Assembly: GCA_010015585.1 (NCBI GenBank)
Contig: ML975157.1
Reading direction: 5' to 3' (one strand)
Length of the DNA stretch: 64,000 nucleotides
Origin: Eremomyces bilateralis CBS 781.70
Taxonomy: Eukaryota
Shown here: piece after piece, positions 37,701 through 48,724 of the stretch
Layout of the letters: each line of letters opens with the position of its first letter
Numbering within the stretch: position 1 is the first letter of the stretch
Position numbers and translations under genes: made by a program
Notes under the pieces: model-generated
Database searches by the model: none
Told to the model about the DNA's origin: nothing
Seen by the model: the letters and a program-made list of their open reading frames with translations, nothing else

Positions 37701-39590
37701 ATGACACATATAGCCAATTGTTTGCGACATGGCGTTGGTAGAACTTCCCCTGATAATTATATAGTGGATGTTGAAGCCCTCTCCTCGAACAATGTGCGTG
37801 TCTTGTTTACTGCATGTCGATTGACTTTCCCTTCATTGGCCCTAACGTTTACCAGTCTACTGCAAGATCGGATTTGTCCAGCTCAAACAGTCCATCTATG
37901 AGCCAAGAAATGATGACCGGCCGAGTCGCCGTTAAATATCAACTCTGGCCCAATCCATCGAGACCATCTCAAGTGCATTGGCTCGACCAAATCAGTTCTG
38001 ACAAGTCAATGGCACTATCCGCCGGACGGTCTTCAACCTCTCTGAGTGATACCGTGGTTGCAAACGACAATTTCGGCCGCTTGACCCGAAGCGGTTCCCT
38101 TGCTCGTCGAAGAAAAATCAGTGTCCCAGAGTTGGGACCAACCACCATGACCATGGTGACAGTACGGGAGCTAGCCGTCGACTCTCGTAAGTTCTCAACA
38201 ACAACGAGCATGCAGTTGCTAACGTTACTTCAGCAACCATCCCTGGACGTCCACCGTTGAGGACTACGGCGTCTGAAAGTCACAAACACGAACGTTCCGC
38301 CAGTGCTCCTGGAGGAAACTGGCGCCATGGTCCCTTCGGAGATGCCATGGTCGACTGCGTAGGCCGCCCTTTCGTCCACAAGTCCGGAGCTCTTCACCAA
38401 CCGACCTTGAAAACCCCCGTATTTGACCTCGCCAAACCATTGCAGCTCAATGCCACACGGCCGCTTTCTCCTATATTGAGCCCTCCTTTGACGGCAAAGC
38501 CAGTCCTCAAGTTAGAGACCGGTTCCGACGCTGACCAGGGCCCGCCGGTACCACCGAAGCCGTCACCGACGGAAGGAAGAGGCTCGCCCGTGTCCAAGAC
38601 GCTCTCCAAATCGAATCCATGCTCAGCTACCATGCCACCCGCGACACGCACCCGATCTCCTCCATTCACAGCCCCTTTGGGTTCATCAAAGTCGATGCAT
38701 GACTTTGGAATGTCGCCTATGAAAGTGAAGCACCAGGCCCCCGCTCTTCCCGCAGGCAAACTAGAAACGCCTGTATGCGAACAAACTCGACCCGTCCGAC
38801 GATCATCTCTCAAGAAGCCATCAAATAAATTCTCGCCAGCCACACCTAAACAACACCAGCCAGTCACTGCCAACAGTGACAGCTGGAAGTTGCCAGAAGG
38901 AATGATCCCTCAGGACGCTCTCAAACGGCTCCCACAGCATGAAACCGAGAGCCTTCGGAAACAGGCAAGAGGCCAAGCGGAGAAGTTTGAAGTCCTTGGA
39001 AGCCGAAATGTAGCATCATTGTCCAGAGTACGTGTCTGTCACTCCACCCCATAGATGAAAGCTTATCCGCCGCACAGGAGCTCCGCGCCCTCGACGAACG
39101 CTGCGAATATCTTCGCAGAACATACAAATCCCTCCGCGACGGCCGCCAAACGCTGCACGTGCGCATGCTGCACTACCTGAAGAGCGACACGCTGAACTTC
39201 TCCCGCGAGAGACTACTCAAGCAAAGCGAGGCGCTCCTCGAGCTGGACCAGTCCATCGACGACTGGATCCTGAAACTCGAACAAGCGGAGAACCGACGAT
39301 TGCGGGTCCGGCAGAAGCTGCTGGAGCACGTCGCTGCGGCTGTCACGCTGAACCAGCATGCGTCCTCCCCGACGATGGACGGGACGAGCATGCATCATCA
39401 TGGGGCGGCCACTCCGCCAGGAAGTCCGGTGATGCTGCAGGGGATGAGCCCCCATTCGTCGCCGCATACTACACAGGAGGTATCGAGCCGCAGGGATGTG
39501 GAGTCGATTAAGATCTACGCGGACGGACAGGTCCTGAGTCTCTTTAACGATATTGATCAGGCCATGACCAAGATGTGCGAGGCATGCTAA
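37701..39590 (+). CDS. Uds1 (up-regulated during septation) domain protein
   Basis: C-terminal SLSRELRALDERCEYLRRTYKSLR...EQAENRRLRVRQKLLEHVAA. Introns at about 37794-37855, 38187-38233 and 39028-39077. The start could alternatively be ATG 37898. Confidence 0.78.
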
Positions 39591-41030
39591 GAACAGATTG
39601 GTCGGGGATATGGCTTCACCTCTTCCTTCCGAACCGTGACGCGGTGATTGTATGATTCATGAATAGCGAGTGGAATATCCTCGCAATAATGTTGAGATGT
39701 CTTGGTTATCTGCGGTCATTCTTCTGTTATTCTTTTCCGTCCTATTGGTTGGGCTGCAGAAATGTTTCGATACGAAACGAATAGTATCGCACCATATTTG
39801 GACGCCCGAACCTTGTTCTCGGAGCATTAGGGTCCGTTCTCTGTATCCGGGACTACGACAGAGGTGCTGGTCTCAGTTGAAACACATTATCTACCCCGAA
39901 AAGGAAGTCTCGAGTCACCGTTTTATGTTTCTTTTTCCGACCGTTTGGTGGAGTGGCTTCGGCTTCGATTTGGGCAAGGGATGCACGGCTTGGATACCCC
40001 ACGGCGGACTCTGTATATAGCAAAGGAGAAAAGCATTCCATCACATCTTGCAGAGTGACAAATTGTGAGTTGTGACATACTTGTATCTGCTGCTCTTCAC
40101 TTACCAGTTTGATTGCTCTCCCTCCATTGTTTGTAGTTCGTACGAGACCGGGAAAGTTCTGGCCATTCGTAACCTTTGTCCACGAGCTTGTCTGTTTGTC
40201 GAACATTGAGGGTTGAATTGATGGGATTGTAGTAATAAGTTTCAAAAGAGTGACAACCTGCTCAAGGTTCAGATTAGGGAATAACCGTAGACCGGGATAA
40301 TGGGACAGTCGACCCTTGTGTATCCGACGTGCCAATGCGGAAGCAATCGACTCGCAAACCGCTCAGGGAATACTAGCTTGAATTGTTGCATGGCTCGGTA
40401 ACAGGAGGTCAGCGCTATTCTCCCCATCTCATATTTCCGCGAAACGTCGTGGAGAGGTCGAACAGGGTGCCAAAGATCCACGGAAGCGACATGACGGATG
40501 CAGGAACGGACGGACAGTCGTTGAAAATACCTCCCTGGCCGAGACAATGAACCCAGCCGTCAGTGAACCATATTGCTTGGCACGTCTCAACTATCTGGAG
40601 TTCTGGATATCCAGAATCTATGGGTTCCTCGGCTGTAGTGTTTCAAAATATGCAAGCCCTGTCACAACGCCATTGTCTGTGTTTGTGATAGTCCTGATAG
40701 ACCATAAGGATGACCAACACTAAAACCGCCATGACATCGTCCAAACTGCCTCCTAAGGCAGGAGGGCTCTCTGGTGGGGACGAAATTGAGTTACGTTTCT
40801 TGGCATTCCCCTAAGCACAGTTCCCACGATCTTAACCAGAACGCGGCAGAGAATTCACCAAAACAGACCTCTAGTAGTTGCTTAATTAGGAAAAGAGTAT
40901 ACTTTTTGGTATTATGTTGTTTTTGAGCGAATTGGGCCTGCCTGTAATGGTGGTGATGGTTGCGGGAATGCCAAGAAACGTAACTCAATTTCTTCCCCGG
41001 GAGGGGCACCAGCACCAGCACAACTGCAAA

Positions 41031-41100
41031 GGCAACAAGGCAACAAGGCAACAAAGGCAACAATGGCAACAATGGCAACAATGGCAACAATGGCAATAAT
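41031..41100. repeat. Minisatellite (GGCAACAA[T])n, about 8 units of 8-9 bp
   Basis: ggcaacaa ggcaacaa ggcaacaaa ggcaacaat x4 ggcaataat, upstream of the PRPP synthetase gene. Confidence 0.93.
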
Positions 41101-41487
41101 TAGGTTGATGCAGTGATGTCTTTCACTCTCCATCGTAGCAGGAGCAGCATAGATATCCCCCCAATTTGATTTCGTTTTATGTTATGAGTCGCAGAAATCA
41201 AGACACAAGATTGATACGTACCACCATCGCTGCTATCAATTTCGCCACAAACTTCGCCAGCCACACCCACCAGCCGCAATTCAAGTGGCTGTGCCCCAAA
41301 ACCCAGAGTCTCCTGTCACGTGACCAGATGATAACCCTCCAAAATGAGTGGGCCCGGCACTTCGCAATCAGCGGATTGGCCGACGGCGACCGGGTGGACG
41401 AACATCTATGAAAGTTTTCCGCTGGAGAAGACTCCCTCCTCGGTTTGTTCACCATGCGACAACTCCCTTTCCGCAAGCTCCCCAAGC

Positions 41488-42849
41488 ATGGCGACCAATT
41501 CGATCAAGTTGCTCACTGGCAACAGCCACCCGCAGTTGGCCAAACTGGTCGCGGACCGGTGCGTGTTTTCCGTTTCCTACACTTTGCTTTTTGTCCATGT
41601 CGTGGCGGTAGAAAGAGCTTGGCTTGGGTGGAGGGGTGGGGGTGGGATATCGACATTCAACTCCCTCCTGCTGGTGGCAGTGAGGGTTACTGCTATTCCG
41701 ACCAGTTCGCCCTGGGGATTTCTATCATCATGGTTTTCGGTCTCTTGTTTCTAACATTCCTTTTCATACAGACTGGGAATCGAGCTTTGCAAGGTGATGG
41801 TGCTCCAGTATTCCAACAATGAGACCTCAGTAACCATCGGAGAGTCCGTTCGAGATGAAGATGGTACAGTCACCATGGCATTATACCAAGAGCGTCGAAT
41901 TAATCCTGCGTAGTTTTCATCCTTCAATCCACCGCCCCAGGCGACATCAACGATGGCCTCATGGAGCTTCTCATCATGATCAACGCGTGCAAGACGGCGT
42001 CTGCCCGCCGCATCACGGCCGTGATCCCCAACTTCCCGTACGCCCGCCAGGACAAGAAGGATAAGTCCCGCGCGCCGATCACGGCGAAGCTCATGGCGAA
42101 CATGCTGCAGACAGCGGGATGCAACCATGTCATCACTATGGACCTGCACGCGAGTCAGATCCAGGGCTTCTTCAACGTCCCCGTGGACAATCTGTACGCC
42201 GAGCCAAGCACTCTGCGTTGGATAAAGGAGCACTTGAACGTCAAGGAATGCGTGATTGTCAGTCCCGACGCGGGTGGAGCCAAGCGGTAAGAGTTAACTT
42301 CTATCATCGGATAAACACTTAACAAACCATGAGTGCCTTCCGTGATACATATGCTGATATCATCCAGAGCCACCTCCATCGCTGACGGCCTTGACCTCGG
42401 CTTCGCTCTCATCCACAAAGAACGCCCCCGCCCCAACGAAGTCTCCCGCATGGTCCTCGTCGGCGACGTCACCGGCAAGATCGCCATCATTGTCGACGAC
42501 ATGGCCGACACCTGCGGCACCCTGGCGAAGGCCGCCGACGTGGTCATGCAGCACGGGGCGAAGGAGGCCATCGCCATCGTCACGCACGGGATCCTGAGCG
42601 GCAACGCAATCGAGGCACTCAATGGGAGCAGGCTGACGAAGGTAGTTGTGACGAATACAGTGCCGCATGAGGAGAAGAAGGAGAAGTGTAGCCGGTTGGA
42701 GACGATCGATATTAGCCCGACGGTATGTTAAACACCGCTTTCGGACTTCACAGGATGACTGACTCTCTCAATAGCTGGCAGAAGCGTGCCGCAGGACGCA
42801 CAACGGCGAGAGCGTGTCGTTCCTCTTCAAACACGCCCCGGTCGACTAA
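41488..42849 (+). CDS. Ribose-phosphate pyrophosphokinase (PRPP synthetase, Prs3-like)
   Basis: [61 protein letters not shown]. Introns at 41559-41771 and about 41863-41913, 42287-42367, 42723-42774. Confidence 0.95.
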
Positions 42850-43113
42850 TCCCTTCCCTTCAGACTCTCATGTCGATATCTGGCATCACATTTAAGGCGT
42901 TTGTAGGAGTAGTTTGTGTTAATCTGCTGATGATTCAGCTTCATGCATGGCGGCTTCTCAACTAGTGGGAGCTGCCCCATCATAATTCAGAGAATTCTAT
43001 CTGATGTGCTGGTGTCACTCGTGAGGGTGTTGATTCGGTCGTCCGCCACCAGCTAGAACGCCATAAGAGTTCCGCTGCCATTTCCCCTACGCTCCTTTCG
43101 AGGATGCGTCCAT

Positions 43114-44676
43114 TCAACTACCCGGAGACCCCTCCCCCGCCATCCCACCCGGCGAGCCCCCCGTGTTAATCCGCAGCACCTTCTTAACGCTATCCACCCC
43201 CTTCCGCATCGGCGACTGATGCCCAACCCGCCTCTCCTCCGCCTCCTTCCCATTCACCTCTTTCCCTTCCCCCGGACCCAAAAAATTCGCCGCCGACCCC
43301 CGTCTCGACACCCAATGCGGCGACAATGGACTTGGCCCCGGCGGCGACTGGCTCGGCGCCACCGGCATCTCCGGTGCCGCGGCCACGGCCGTGGGTGAAT
43401 CATGTGGAATCCCAATCAGCCGCGCCAGGGAACTCCTCCGCCTCCTCCGCTCCTTCGGCCGCTCCGGCTCCTTCCGCTGCGCTTCCTTCTGCCGCCAGAT
43501 CTCCGCCATGCGGTTGTTCGCCGGTCCGGACTTCGCGCTGCCGAAGAACCCATCGGGGACGGGGCGGGCGCCGAGGCCGCCGATGGAGCTGGAGGGGCCG
43601 CGGTGGGCGAAGCCGGGGCTGAGCGGGGTGGGGCTGACGGGGATGTGGAGGTTGAGGCTGCCGCGGATGGAGGAGGCGGTCACGGGGGGTTTGGTGGCGC
43701 CGGGGGGCCATTCGCCGGCGTCGGTCCAGCCGGCGACGCAGGCGGAGATAACGGTGGGGAGGGGGAGGGGGAGGGAGGGGGTGCGGGCATTGGTGACGAG
43801 GGCGCGGTAGATGGGGAGGAGGGAGTCGGGGGCGATGAATTGGCGGGGGGAAAAGGTGGGAGGAATGAGATAGAGGACGGGGAGTAGGGTCGGCGGGTCG
43901 TCGGGGTCAGTTGCTGCGCTGGTGGATTGGGGGGAGAGTGGGGAGGTGTCGGTGAGGCCGTCCGAGCTGCTGTGAAGCCGCTGGATTAGTTCCGCGACGT
44001 CTTGATCGGACATTTGCTCGTCTTCGGCGCCACTGGGGCTCTGGATGATATTCCCATTGACAGTGACCTCAGGGGATTTCGTCGAGACCTCTTTGGGTGG
44101 TCCCGGCCGAACCACCGCGCCGGTCCACGCATCCCTCCGCTTCGCCCAGAGGTCCAATCCCTCATTCCATTCGCATTCCTCATGCCATTCGCGCTCCCGC
44201 TTCCGTTTCCGTTGCTTTTGTCGGGCCTGAATCTGCGCCCCGATGCTGTCTGGGGAGTCAAATTTAAACGCGTCCTTCTTTTCTTTGGCGGTCTTGTGCT
44301 TGCTTCGGCGGGATAGTTTCTGAATCACTCGGATACCCTGCGTATCGGACTTCGCGCCGGTGGTAGACCTCTCACTCCCGGAATCCGTCTCATCGGAACT
44401 TCCATAGAATCTCTCCATGTATGCCAGAGGTACGCGCTCCTCTATGGCTTCCGAGCCGGTTGAATGTGGGAAGGTCTCGGCAAGCGGGGGTGAAGTTGAC
44501 CCCGGGCCTTCTCCGGGGATTACATTATTTGTAGGAAGAGGTTCGGACGATATATTCGTATCCGATGGATGTGACGGATCGGCGACTTTCGGAGGATATT
44601 CCCAATCATCTTGAACCGCAGAGTAGAGAAAACGTCGGATCTCGCGAGTGGCGGGGCTGGCAAGGTTCAACTCCAT
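43114..44676 (-). CDS. DUF4050 / Gag1-like clamp domain protein
   Basis: WNEGLDLWAKRRDAWTG and IYRALV...PLPLPTVISACVAGWTDAGEWPP motifs in one long ORF. Confidence 0.72.
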   Translation of the reverse strand: MELNLASPATREIRRFLYSAVQDDWEYPPKVADPSHPSDTNISSEPLPTNNVIPGEGPGSTSPPLAETFPHSTGSEAIEERVPLAYMERFYGSSDETDSGSERSTTGAKSDTQGIRVIQKLSRRSKHKTAKEKKDAFKFDSPDSIGAQIQARQKQRKRKREREWHEECEWNEGLDLWAKRRDAWTGAVVRPGPPKEVSTKSPEVTVNGNIIQSPSGAEDEQMSDQDVAELIQRLHSSSDGLTDTSPLSPQSTSAATDPDDPPTLLPVLYLIPPTFSPRQFIAPDSLLPIYRALVTNARTPSLPLPLPTVISACVAGWTDAGEWPPGATKPPVTASSIRGSLNLHIPVSPTPLSPGFAHRGPSSSIGGLGARPVPDGFFGSAKSGPANNRMAEIWRQKEAQRKEPERPKERRRRRSSLARLIGIPHDSPTAVAAAPEMPVAPSQSPPGPSPLSPHWVSRRGSAANFLGPGEGKEVNGKEAEERRVGHQSPMRKGVDSVKKVLRINTGGSPGGMAGEGSPGS

Positions 44677-45529
44677 TGGCGTTCTTGATTTTTCCGGCAA
44701 CGGGCACCGTTGTTGACAGCACCAACCACTTCTGGTGCCTCCGATCGAAGAGAGAAGGGGGTGAAGGCAGCAGAAAAGCCTTGCGGATTGTGGGGATGGG
44801 CAGGAAGCTGGGTACCAGACTTGGGAATGCTTGGGTCAGGCTAAGGTAAGTAGTGTCAAGACTCAAGAGGTGGTGAGATGGACTATTAACGGCGAACGGG
44901 ATGGACTAGAAGATTCGGGGAAGGAGCAAGAAAGAATTACAGGTCACTTATGACGATAACTCGAAGATGGCAACCATCGCGGGTCGAGAGGAATATGTTA
45001 GGTGAATGTATGATGCTCGTGAAAGCGATTCCAAATGCAAATGTCTGTGGTGGGTGATTTGTTGCGGGGGCGGGGCTATTCCAACTCATGATTCATGATT
45101 CATCACGCCAGCTCTGGACGATTAGATATTTCATATTGCCTTGCTCTCCCTTACTCCAGAGAGTACAGTTGTTCCTGGTTCTTGTTCAGGGGAGCATACC
45201 AGCTAACTGCCACAGCAAAGAGGGCTGATCGCATACGTCTTCGACGGCGAGTATGAAACTGTACATCTGCGGAGTACAGACTGCGGTGCATACTGTAGAT
45301 CTGATATTGGGTCCACCTTTGACTTTGTATCGCCGTGCTCCGGGCGAAAATCCGCGTACACACGAATTCGGACTGTAAGGTACCATATGCAGTGAACATT
45401 TCCAGCAGCTAGACCAACGTGGACATGCAATCACACCTGACACCACAAAGCCGATTTGTGCATGGACAATAGATACTTACGTGTGCTACATACGCTATCC
45501 GATTCTCCCACCGACCGTGATGTCCTAGC

Positions 45530-46456
45530 ATGTCTGTCAATCCCGCTGCCGGCCAACCCTTTGCCATGTCTTCCACCTCCGCTCCGGAACGCACCCCGCC
45601 TCTAACCCTCCTCGTCGCCATCTCTGGCCCGACATCATCGGGAAAGACGACGGTCGCTCGCCACTTACTACGTCTCCTACATTCTCTGGCTCCAGACGGT
45701 CCGCCCGCCACCCAGCCGCTTCTAATTCATGAGGATGATTTCTATCGTTCCGATACGGACATCCCGGTCAAAGATGGCGTGCAGGATTGGGATTGCTTGG
45801 AAGCCATCGACGTCCCAGTCTTCGAAGCTGCGTTGCTAGAGATTCGAGGAGGTGGGCGGCTTCCTGATGGTTTTAAGAGCTTGGAGCTACCGGAAGACAA
45901 TGGTTCCACGGCCGACGGAGTCCACGATGTCCCAGATAGGGCGCAGAATGACAGCGGCATTTCAGAAGCGCTGCTCACCAGGCTTCGTGAGAGACTACGC
46001 GATGTCCTCGAGGTGCCGTCGAACAATGGACAAGGTACAGCAGTCAAATTCAGAGTATGCCTGGTGGAGGGGTTCCTTTTGTTCCAGCCCGCCATGTTTA
46101 CCACCCCAGGCGTATTTGACTTGAAACTGTTGCTCCTGGCCTCGCACGCGGCGGCGAAGCAGCGGCGGGAGGCGCGGTCCGGCTACGTCACTCTGGAAGG
46201 CTTCTGGACCGATCCTCCGGGCTACGTCGACAAGATCGTGTGGCCGAATTACGTGGAGAGTCACGCTGCATATTTTCAGAATGGCGATGTCGAGGGCGCG
46301 GTGGACGAGAGATTTTGCCGGGACGAAGCCGTAAAACCATATCCTCCTGGAGGACTACAACATGCAGAAGGAGGAACTATTGCGAGGATGCTGGAGTGGG
46401 CGGTGGAGGAGACCGTCCAACTTGTCGAATCGAAGGAACATGGATCGGGCCGGTAG
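45530..46456 (+). CDS. NRK1: Nicotinamide riboside kinase
   Basis: P-loop ISGPTSSGKTT, IHEDDFY, DWDC and RREARSGYVTLEGFWTDPPGYVDKIVWPNY. Confidence 0.9.
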   Translation: MSVNPAAGQPFAMSSTSAPERTPPLTLLVAISGPTSSGKTTVARHLLRLLHSLAPDGPPATQPLLIHEDDFYRSDTDIPVKDGVQDWDCLEAIDVPVFEAALLEIRGGGRLPDGFKSLELPEDNGSTADGVHDVPDRAQNDSGISEALLTRLRERLRDVLEVPSNNGQGTAVKFRVCLVEGFLLFQPAMFTTPGVFDLKLLLLASHAAAKQRREARSGYVTLEGFWTDPPGYVDKIVWPNYVESHAAYFQNGDVEGAVDERFCRDEAVKPYPPGGLQHAEGGTIARMLEWAVEETVQLVESKEHGSGR

Positions 46457-46965
46457 CATCTCCAACGTATTGGATTCGGTTGGAAGCCCATTGGATTGAT
46501 CAAGTTTTGGAGACTAGACCTAGTTTATACTCTATGTATTAAGCAACGCAATATGGGCCGGGAAACCATGCCGGTAAATACAGCGCATGCATACTACGGT
46601 ACACATACCTATTACCTAAGTCTATACCTAAGTCTTACCTGTAGGATGAAGACGATAAACTCACGAAAATGATGAAATGCGCGGGATTATGCATAATCCA
46701 CCGTCGTGGATTGGTTATCGATTGTCCGTTACGCTGCCACCATGCCCCGGGCCGTCTCATTTCGTTGTCGATCCTTTCCGATCTTCTCCGACGCCCGATG
46801 ACGGACTAAGGGGGACCAGATGCTCCCAAAATATTTTTTTAATATTAGACAGAAATCCTGTCCTCCAAAAGTCACAATTATTACCTATCACCGGCGCAAC
46901 ACGCCGACGATTCCATTCTGCTTGTGATCCGGCGGTTACTGCCTGTCCCAACCCTCGTCGATCCA

Positions 46966-48724
46966 ATGATTCGATCGGTGTCTCCGAGACTTCGGCCTAC
47001 CGAGGCGATCTTTGGGTCATTCATCCATCCTTGCGCCCGAATTCATCAATCCAGATCACCAATCCTTGCAACATCTCGTGTGAGGTCACTCCATCGTACC
47101 TCGCATGAGCAAATCTTCTCGGCTGTCGCTCGCAGCCCGACTACCTATATACGAACCATCGCATTGAGATCCCCCATTCCTTCGCGAGCATTCTCGACCA
47201 CCCCCCGAATCATGGCAGGAACAAGAACGGAGACAGACGCCTTTGGGGCGATCCAAGTCGCGGCGGACCGGTACTGGGGCGCGCAGACGGAGCGGTCGCT
47301 GGAGAATTTCGAGATCAACCAGCCGCAGGACCGGATGCCGCCGCCCATCGTCCGGGCGTTCGGCATCCTGAAGGGCGCGGCGGCGACGGTGAATATGCAA
47401 TTCGGCTTAGGTCAGTAGAAGCGCGCGGGGCAACCGATGGCCGTCTCGCTGATGGTGCCTATCCTAGATCCCATCGTCGGTCAGGCGATCCAGCAGGCTG
47501 CTGCGGAGGTAGCGGACCTGAAGCTGTTGGACCACTTCCCGCTTGTGGTCTGGCAGACGGGTTCCGGGACCCAATCAAACATGAACGCGAACGAAGTCAT
47601 CTCCAACCGAGCGATCGAGATCTTGGGCGGTCAGATGGGTAGCAAGACGCCGGTGCATCCGAACGATCACGTCAACCGGTCGGCGTCGTCGAACGATACC
47701 TTCCCTACCGTGATGCACATCGCTGCGGTTCTCGAACTCGAGGAGCAACTGCTGCCGGCTCTGAAGGGCTTACGGGATGCGCTGGACAAGAAGAGCAAGC
47801 AGTGGGATAAGGTCATCAAGATCGGACGAACGCACTTGCAGGACGCCACGCCATTGACCCTGGGCCAGGTGTTCTCGGGCTATGTTCAGCAACTGGATTT
47901 CGGCATCGAGCGGGTCCAATCTTCGCGGCCGCGACTGAGGATGCTGGCGCAAGGTGGCACTGCGGTGGGCACGGGAATCAATACCTTCATAGGATTCGCC
48001 GAAATGATCGCTGCCGAAGTCACCCAGATGACGGGCCACAAGTTCGTCACCGCGCCGAACAAGTTCGAGGCATTGGCCGCGCACGATGCGATCGTCGAGG
48101 CGTCCGGCCAGCTCAACACGCTCGCGACGTCGCTGTTTAAGATCGCGCAGGACATTCGATTCCTCGGATCGGGGCCTCGATGCGGGTTGGGCGAACTGAA
48201 GCTGCCGGAGAACGAGCCGGGCTCTTCCATCATGCCCGGCAAGGTCAATCCCACACAGTGCGAGTCCCTGACGATGATCTGCGCTCAGGTGTTTGGCAAT
48301 CATACTGCCGTCACCGTAGCCGGGTCCCAGGGCAACTTCGAGCTTAACGTGTTCAAGCCGGTGATGATCCGGAACCTTCTTCATAGTTGCCGTCTGTTGA
48401 CGGACGGTATGAGGAGTTTCGAAAAGAACCTGGTGCAGGGATTGGAGGCGGATGAGAAGCGCATTGATACGTTGATGAGGGAAAGGTAAGCGCTCCATAT
48501 CTAATGTGTATAGCACCCGCTAACAATGTCCAAGCCTCATGCTCGTTACATGCTTGAACCCCATCATCGGCTACGATATGGCCTCGAAGGTCGCGAAGAA
48601 CGCCCACAAGAAGGGCTTGACCCTCAAGGCGAGCGCCATGGAGCTCCAGGCTCTGAGCGAAGCCGACTTCGACAAGTACGTCCGGCCCGAGCTCATGATC
48701 GCTCCGAACGAAGCCAAGTTGTGA
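46966..48724 (+). CDS. FUM1: Fumarate hydratase class II with long N-terminal presequence (second in-frame ATG at 47212)
   Basis: Signature [11 protein letters not shown], also [12 protein letters not shown] and [12 protein letters not shown]. Introns 47411-47467 and 48486-48534. Confidence 0.96.

Noticed and set aside
39853..40335. 160-aa minus-strand ORF in an intergenic region
   Set aside because: Non-ATG start, no recognisable domain, overlaps the likely 3' UTR of the Uds1-domain gene.
40601..40616. 16-bp perfect palindrome TTCTGGATATCCAGAA
   Set aside because: About one such palindrome is expected by chance in 64 kb and there is no supporting context.
41344..41487. Upstream in-frame ATG extending PRPP synthetase by 48 aa
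   Set aside because: It sits just after a CACGTG promoter box, probably upstream of the TSS; family homology starts at MATNSIK.
42926..43004. TGATGA...CTGA box C/D-like pair with an internal hairpin in the PRPP synthetase 3' region
   Set aside because: No convincing terminal stem or recognisable rRNA guide; likely ordinary 3' UTR.
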